Assembly: GCA_024405515.1 (NCBI GenBank)
Contig: JAKSOR010000003.1
Coordinates: forward strand, 5,655-69,654
Reading direction: 5' to 3'
Source of the DNA: Clostridia bacterium
Lineage (GTDB): Bacteria; Bacillota; Clostridia; Christensenellales; CAG-917
Length of the DNA: 64,000 bases
The notes under the pieces are model-generated. The model ran no database searches. It was given only the letters and a program-made list of their open reading frames with translations, and was not told where the DNA came from. A program made the position numbers and the translations under genes. Of this stretch, positions 58,453-64,000 are shown in pieces (position 1 is the stretch's first letter; every line of letters starts with the position of its first letter).

Positions 58453-60801
58453 ATGCGAATTCAAAGTTGGCCTATAGATTTATATTTTTTATATGCTGTA
58501 TCAGGACTGATAACTGTAATTGTCAGTGCAATTCTTTTTAACAGGGTATGGCATACAAAGAGAAAGAGCCAAATAGATAAAGACTATTGTTACCTTCTTG
58601 TGTTTTTTGCTGTTTTTGGTCTTGTTGATGCAGTTTGGGGATTTCTTGGTTCTCCTGTTGCTTCTCCTGTTCCTAATCCTGATGCTTATAATGTGTTTAC
58701 ATATTTCTTCCATACGATGGCTGGACTTTCGGCTTTTGTTTGGACAGTTTATATAATCAGATATCTGAAACTTAAGGGAAGAATAAGGGTAATTGCTTTG
58801 GTCGTATGTGTCCTTTTCCTTATGACGCAGGCAGCTCTTATCATTCAGAACATGTTTACCGGAAATGCATTCGGTGTTGCGGCTGATGGTTCATATCATA
58901 TAAATAAATTAAGGCCGGTTATGTTTTTTATGCAGTTTGCATATTATGTTTTTGTTGTGGTTCTGTCTCTTATTGTCGGAATACCTGCATATATCAGAAA
59001 AGATAAGAAAAAAATCAAACTGGCATCCTCTTCTATATTAATGTCCGCAGTTATGCTTGTAGCAGGTTTTGCACAGATGTTTTATCCGGACGGACCTTTT
59101 TATTCAATCGGATTCATGGTAGCGGCTGTGACAATTTATTCATTCAATGTTACAAGGCAGCGTGAAAAATTTATTTATGATCTTTACGAAAGCGAAAATT
59201 CAAAACTTTCATCTATTGTCAATAATATAGGTCAGGATTTCAGGGCAATATATTATGTTGATCTTGAAACTATGGCCTATGAAAATTTCGGTGGGGGCGG
59301 AGATTCTTCGCTGAACAAGGAAATTAAGGACAACCAGACCAGCAATTTCTTTGATGACGCACAGAATGTTATAAGCAAATATGTTCAGGAAAGCGATAAA
59401 GCCGCTATGTCAGAGGCCTTTAAGAAAGAGAACCTTCTGAAGGAACTTGAAGAAAAGGGCATATTTACCATTGAGTACAAAATGGGGCGTCATGTTCAGC
59501 GTTATTACATGATTAAATGCAAGAAGACCGAAGCAGATGGAAAAGAAAAACTTCTTGTCGGCGTATACGATATTGACGATCAGGTAAAAGAAAGAATGAA
59601 AGTTCAGGAAGAATTAAAGAAAGCGATGGATGAAGCTCTTTATGCAAACAAAGCGAAAACGTCGTTCCTCTTTAATATGTCTCACGATATCCGTACACCT
59701 ATGAATGCTATTATCGGTTTTACCGATATGGCAAAAAAATATATTGATGATAAAGAAAGAGTTGAGGCAAGTCTTTCAAAAGTTTCAATGGCAAGCGAGC
59801 ATCTGCTTTCTCTTATTAACGACGTCCTTGATATGGCAAGAATTGAATCCGGCAAAGTAACAATTGAGGAAAAACCGGTTTCCATTACGGCATCAGCGGA
59901 TAATCTCTATTCTCTTATGGCTTCTACTGCGGAAAAGAAGAATATTAATTTCACAATCAAGACCAGTGTCGAACATGATATGGTCTTTGCTGATGCACTG
60001 CGTGTGGGACGAGTTTATATGAATATTCTGTCAAACGCAATCAAGTATACGGGCGAAGGCGGAATGGTCGCTATGAGGGTTACAGAACTTCCTTCGAGCA
60101 GTCCTGACAAAGTAAGAATTCAGTTCAGCGTTGCCGATAACGGAATAGGAATGAGCGAAGAATTCCAGGAGCATCTGTTTGATGCGTTTTCACGTGAACA
60201 GAGCTCAACAGTTTCCGGAATCCAGGGAACAGGTCTCGGAATGGCAATCACCAAAGAACTTGTCGGACTTATGAAGGGCACAATAGATGTCAGCAGCAAA
60301 CTCGGTGAGGGTACTGTAATGACAGTAACATTCCCATTCAGAAATGCAGAAGGAGAGTCACTTGTTGAGAATAACGAGTTTGCTGTAGACCCTGGCTTTA
60401 TGAAAGGGAAGAAGCTTCTTCTTGTTGAGGATAATGAACTTAACAGGGAAATAGCGGTAGATATTCTTTCGGAACTTAATCTTGATATAGATACTGCCGA
60501 AGATGGCACTGTAGCTATCAAGAAAGTAGCGGCAAGTATAGAAAACGGAACAGAGTATGATGTCATATTAATGGATATACAGATGCCGATTATGGACGGA
60601 TACACTGCAACCGGCGAAATAAGAGAACTCCAGAAGGGAGGTAAACGTACCCCTATTATTGCAATGACAGCCAACGCTTTTGATGAAGACAAGCAGCGTG
60701 CACTTGCTTCCGGTATGGACGGACATGTTGCAAAACCGATTAATGTTAAACTACTTGTTGAGACTCTTGCAAAATTTATCCCGGGCGAAGGAAACAAATA
60801 A
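58453..60801 (+). CDS. hybrid sensor histidine kinase / response regulator (multi-TM sensor)
   Basis: ATG at 58453 is 9 nt after gggag. About 7 TM helices. H-box FLFNMSHDIRTPMNAIIGF, HATPase N/G boxes (NAIKYT, DNGIGM, GTGLGM) and REC (LLLVEDN, ILMDIQMPIMDGY, MTANAF...K). Confidence 0.85.
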   Translation: MRIQSWPIDLYFLYAVSGLITVIVSAILFNRVWHTKRKSQIDKDYCYLLVFFAVFGLVDAVWGFLGSPVASPVPNPDAYNVFTYFFHTMAGLSAFVWTVYIIRYLKLKGRIRVIALVVCVLFLMTQAALIIQNMFTGNAFGVAADGSYHINKLRPVMFFMQFAYYVFVVVLSLIVGIPAYIRKDKKKIKLASSSILMSAVMLVAGFAQMFYPDGPFYSIGFMVAAVTIYSFNVTRQREKFIYDLYESENSKLSSIVNNIGQDFRAIYYVDLETMAYENFGGGGDSSLNKEIKDNQTSNFFDDAQNVISKYVQESDKAAMSEAFKKENLLKELEEKGIFTIEYKMGRHVQRYYMIKCKKTEADGKEKLLVGVYDIDDQVKERMKVQEELKKAMDEALYANKAKTSFLFNMSHDIRTPMNAIIGFTDMAKKYIDDKERVEASLSKVSMASEHLLSLINDVLDMARIESGKVTIEEKPVSITASADNLYSLMASTAEKKNINFTIKTSVEHDMVFADALRVGRVYMNILSNAIKYTGEGGMVAMRVTELPSSSPDKVRIQFSVADNGIGMSEEFQEHLFDAFSREQSSTVSGIQGTGLGMAITKELVGLMKGTIDVSSKLGEGTVMTVTFPFRNAEGESLVENNEFAVDPGFMKGKKLLLVEDNELNREIAVDILSELNLDIDTAEDGTVAIKKVAASIENGTEYDVILMDIQMPIMDGYTATGEIRELQKGGKRTPIIAMTANAFDEDKQRALASGMDGHVAKPINVKLLVETLAKFIPGEGNK

Positions 60802-63044
60802 TGAAACAAAATTTAAAACATACCATTTTAGAGATTAATAAAAAATGGCGAGCTCTTCTGCCTGAAGAAGAAAAACTTAAAAGTGCGCAGTTCACTATAG
60901 TTTTCTTCCTCCTTTCGATAGTATCGTTCGTTATGTCTATAATGAACTATTTTACCCATTGGCAGCTGCTTATGTGGTCTACTATTGCATTCGGTATCGG
61001 GAATGTCATCAATGCCGTTCTTTCGCTTAGCAAGGGCCCTCTTAAGATGCTCCCGCGAGTGCTTTTTGCAATTGAGTTCCTGGCTCTGTTCACATTCTTT
61101 GTAATAGTCGGGGAACCGGAAGGTTTCAGTGCTATATGGTGCGCTTTGTTACCTCTTGCAGGACTTCTTCTTTTCCGTATCAAATCAGGCACAATACTTT
61201 CACTTGTTGAATTTTTCATGCTGATTTTCTTCTTCTGGACTCCAGTAGGGAAACAGCTTATATACTCAGGTTATACAGATGCATTCTGTATGCGTTTTCC
61301 GGTTCTCTATCTTGCATTCTTTGCAATCGGTCTTTTCTTTGAGTTCACCCGCTGGAGTACTCACAGGGAACTTATTCATGCAAGAGACAAATATAAGATG
61401 CTCTACAATGATGAGACAATAAAAGCCGAAGAAGAGAAAGCACGTCACTTTGAAATAATCAATGTTCTTGCATCAGATTATGATTCTGTAACATTCGTAA
61501 ATCTTAATACAAATTCAATTGAACCGTACTCCATCAGTTCCTCTGATATTCCTGAGAGAATGGGAGTAACGATTGACAGCAATATAAGTTTCGTAAATGT
61601 TATGCGTGCATACATAGATAATGTTGTGTACGCTGATGACAGAGAGAACTTTTCAGATACAGTTAAAATAGCTAATCTTAAAGAGGAACTGTCCAACAAG
61701 AAATCATTTACATATGTATACCGTGTTGAAAACGAAGGCGATATAAGATACTGGGAAATGAAGATTGTTAAGATGGGAACAGAAGATGAAGAAGCCGAAA
61801 AGATTGTTTTAGGACTTGCAGACCGTGATGCGGAAGTAAGAAAGGAACAGGAATATCAGAACACACTTAAAGAGGCAAGGGCAAAGGCGGAGGCTTCAAG
61901 TGCTGCAAAATCTACATTCCTTTTCAATATGTCCCACGATATCCGTACACCGCTCAATGCCATAATCGGTTTTGCTGATATGGCAAACAGATATAAGGAT
62001 AATCCTGAAAAGGTATCAGACTGTATGGAAAAGTCGCTTGTTGCGAGCAACCATCTTCTTTCCTTAATCAATGACGTTCTTGATATGAGCCGAATTGAAT
62101 CAGGTAAGGTTGTAATTGAGGAAACACTTACTGAAATAGATGTCTTTGCCGAACATATAAACACAATTGTTGCTGAGTCAGCAAAGGAAAAGAATATAAC
62201 CTTCACAAAGCATATAAGCGAAATTAAGGATACTCATCTTTACATTGACACACTTCATATGGATCAGGTCCTTCTTAATGTTATCAGTAATGCGGTGAAA
62301 TATACGAAATCCGGCGGCAATGTCGATTTCTATGTGGAACAGCTGGGCGATGTAAAAGAACAGTGCGCAACAATCAGATATACAATTGCCGATAACGGGA
62401 TGGGTATGAGCGAGGAATTCCTTAAGAGAATTTTCGAAGCATTCGAGAGAGAACAATCATCCACAAAGAGCGGCATTCAGGGAACAGGTCTCGGTATGGC
62501 TATCACAAAGAGACTTGTTGACATGATGAATGGTGATATAGAAATCAGGTCAAAAGTTAACGAAGGAACAACAGTAGAAATTACAATGTATTATCACCGT
62601 CCTTCCGAGGAAGAACTTGAGGCTCTTAAACCATCAGTGTCTGCAACCGATGAAATATCACTTGAAGGCAAGATTATTCTTCTTGTCGATGATAATGATC
62701 TTAACAGGGAAATAGCAAAAGATATTCTTGAACTTGACGGACTCATCGTCGAAGAAGCAAACGACGGCACAATGGCAGTTGAGATGGTCAAGGCACATGA
62801 CCCTGATTATTACTGTTGCGTTCTGATGGATATACAGATGCCGATCATGGACGGATATCAGGCTACAATTGCAATAAGAGCCCTTGAAAATGCTGATTAC
62901 AAGAAACTGCCGATATTTGCAATGACGGCAAACGCATTTGCAGAAGACAGAAAGAAAGCATTTGAAAGCGGAATGAATGAACATATAGCAAAACCAATAG
63001 ACCCTGCAAGGGTACTGTCTACGATTAAGAACTTTATGAGATAA
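60801..63044 (+). CDS. hybrid sensor histidine kinase / response regulator (paralog)
   Basis: TAATG overlap with the previous gene. About 6 TM helices. FLFNMSHDIRTPLNAIIGF, NAVKYT, DNGMGM, GTGLGM and REC VLMDIQMPIMDGY. Confidence 0.85.
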   Translation: MKQNLKHTILEINKKWRALLPEEEKLKSAQFTIVFFLLSIVSFVMSIMNYFTHWQLLMWSTIAFGIGNVINAVLSLSKGPLKMLPRVLFAIEFLALFTFFVIVGEPEGFSAIWCALLPLAGLLLFRIKSGTILSLVEFFMLIFFFWTPVGKQLIYSGYTDAFCMRFPVLYLAFFAIGLFFEFTRWSTHRELIHARDKYKMLYNDETIKAEEEKARHFEIINVLASDYDSVTFVNLNTNSIEPYSISSSDIPERMGVTIDSNISFVNVMRAYIDNVVYADDRENFSDTVKIANLKEELSNKKSFTYVYRVENEGDIRYWEMKIVKMGTEDEEAEKIVLGLADRDAEVRKEQEYQNTLKEARAKAEASSAAKSTFLFNMSHDIRTPLNAIIGFADMANRYKDNPEKVSDCMEKSLVASNHLLSLINDVLDMSRIESGKVVIEETLTEIDVFAEHINTIVAESAKEKNITFTKHISEIKDTHLYIDTLHMDQVLLNVISNAVKYTKSGGNVDFYVEQLGDVKEQCATIRYTIADNGMGMSEEFLKRIFEAFEREQSSTKSGIQGTGLGMAITKRLVDMMNGDIEIRSKVNEGTTVEITMYYHRPSEEELEALKPSVSATDEISLEGKIILLVDDNDLNREIAKDILELDGLIVEEANDGTMAVEMVKAHDPDYYCCVLMDIQMPIMDGYQATIAIRALENADYKKLPIFAMTANAFAEDRKKAFESGMNEHIAKPIDPARVLSTIKNFMR

Positions 63045-63050
63045 TCAAAC

Positions 63051-63077
63051 AGCGCCACAGGAAAACTGTGGCGCTTT
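63051..63077 (+). terminator. hairpin after the kinase pair
   Basis: agcgccacag (63051-63060) pairs with ctgtggcgct (63066-63075), a perfect 10-bp stem with a 5-nt loop. The T-tract (tt) is short. Confidence 0.6.
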
Positions 63078-63083
63078 AACTGA

Positions 63084-63650
63084 ATGATGAAGAAAACATT
63101 TTATTCGCCGGTAAGAGAAGAATGGAGAAAATGGCTCTCATTAAACTATAAGACTGAGAAAGAAATATGGTTTGTTTTTCCGTATGCCGAATCAGGTGAG
63201 CCGTCACTATCATATAATGATGCCGTTGAGGAAGCGTTGTGTTTTGGGTGGATAGATTCAACTGCAGGCACACTTGATGATACTCACGGTATAAGGAGGT
63301 TCACACCGAGAAATCCCGGAAGTGCATATTCCCGTCCTAATATAGAGCGTCTTATATGGCTGAACGGGAACGGCATGCTTCTTCCTGAGATATATGAAAG
63401 TGTAAAAGAACTGATAGAAACCCCGTACATATATCCTGATGACATACTTGAGGAAATAAGAAAAGACGGGGTAACATGGAAAAACTTCTGCGGGTTTACG
63501 GAGCCGTATAAGCGCATCAGGATAGCGTATATAGATGCTGCAAGGAAACGTCCTGATGAGTTTAAAAAGAGGCTTAAAAGCTTTATAAATAAGACTAGAA
63601 ACAATAAACTTATTATCGGATATGGCGGAATAGACAAATACTATAAATAA
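63084..63650 (+). CDS. YdeI/OmpD-associated family protein
   Basis: EEALCFGWIDS and a C-terminal basic helical region. 188 aa. Confidence 0.6.
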   Translation: MMKKTFYSPVREEWRKWLSLNYKTEKEIWFVFPYAESGEPSLSYNDAVEEALCFGWIDSTAGTLDDTHGIRRFTPRNPGSAYSRPNIERLIWLNGNGMLLPEIYESVKELIETPYIYPDDILEEIRKDGVTWKNFCGFTEPYKRIRIAYIDAARKRPDEFKKRLKSFINKTRNNKLIIGYGGIDKYYK

Positions 63651-63697
63651 AGGGACTGCTTTTCGGCAATCCCTTTGATTTTATTAATGTTTCTTCG

Positions 63698-64000
63698 TTA
63701 TGCGATCTTTTCGGTTAATACTAATGTGATTACTGAATCTTCATCGATATCTCCCTCATATAAATTAAAATAGCCATCTGAATCATAATAAGTGTGAGCG
63801 TCCTCATCATTGATTCTGTATTTCCAGAGTTCATAGGAGTCTTTTATGCTAGGGAAAATTTCAAGCCAGCTGCCGTACTGCATTTTGATTTCACTCGTTG
63901 CAGTTACAGCTTTGCCTTTATCTGTTGAAGATGTGAGCACTATAGGTTCGCCGTCGACAGTAGCAATGTTTCCTCTTACATTAATCCCGTCACATACATT
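63698..64000 (-). CDS. hypothetical protein, 5' end outside window
   Basis: The minus-strand frame of the 63698..63940 ORF (which begins at an in-frame GTG) stays open to nt 64000 (NVCDGINVRGNIATVDGEPI...). No motif recognised. Confidence 0.4.
   Translation of the reverse strand, partial: NVCDGINVRGNIATVDGEPIVLTSSTDKGKAVTATSEIKMQYGSWLEIFPSIKDSYELWKYRINDEDAHTYYDSDGYFNLYEGDIDEDSVITLVLTEKIA

Overview
This window looks like a chromosomal, mostly housekeeping segment of a low-GC Firmicute, probably Clostridia-like. It uses the standard code 11 and has a strong plus-strand gene bias. I count about 55 CDS and recognised no rRNA, tRNA, CRISPR array, transposase or integrase. The recognisable core includes four aminoacyl-tRNA synthetases (alaS, lysS, gltX, glnS), greA, pyruvate:ferredoxin oxidoreductase and ecfA1-ecfA2-ecfT-truA. 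It also includes a YycJ-like MBL hydrolase, rlmH, tadA, pth, mfd, pgm, birA, a split chrA pair and an NrdG-like activase. One cobalamin riboswitch controls a DUF4430-like lipoprotein plus an ECF S-component. The stand-out observations are: (i) an uncharacterised Zn-ribbon / 4-TM protein family, present as a tightly coupled 3-gene cluster (30349-33183) plus a fused paralog at 1235-2014; (ii) a gltX-linked array of membrane-anchored S8 protease, ECF sigma, putative anti-sigma and GLUG/Flg_new lipoprotein; (iii) a 596-aa AlaRS without a C-Ala domain and with a minimal editing domain, apparently co-transcribed with an HxxxD acyltransferase; (iv) a DnaA-box cluster with no dnaA/dnaN nearby; (v) a cluster of two DUF2804-like genes, an LCAT-like lipase and a mini-pyrophosphatase; (vi) tandem orphan hybrid histidine kinases. 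All functional calls rest on motif recognition by eye from the supplied translations and DNA. No database search or structure prediction was run.
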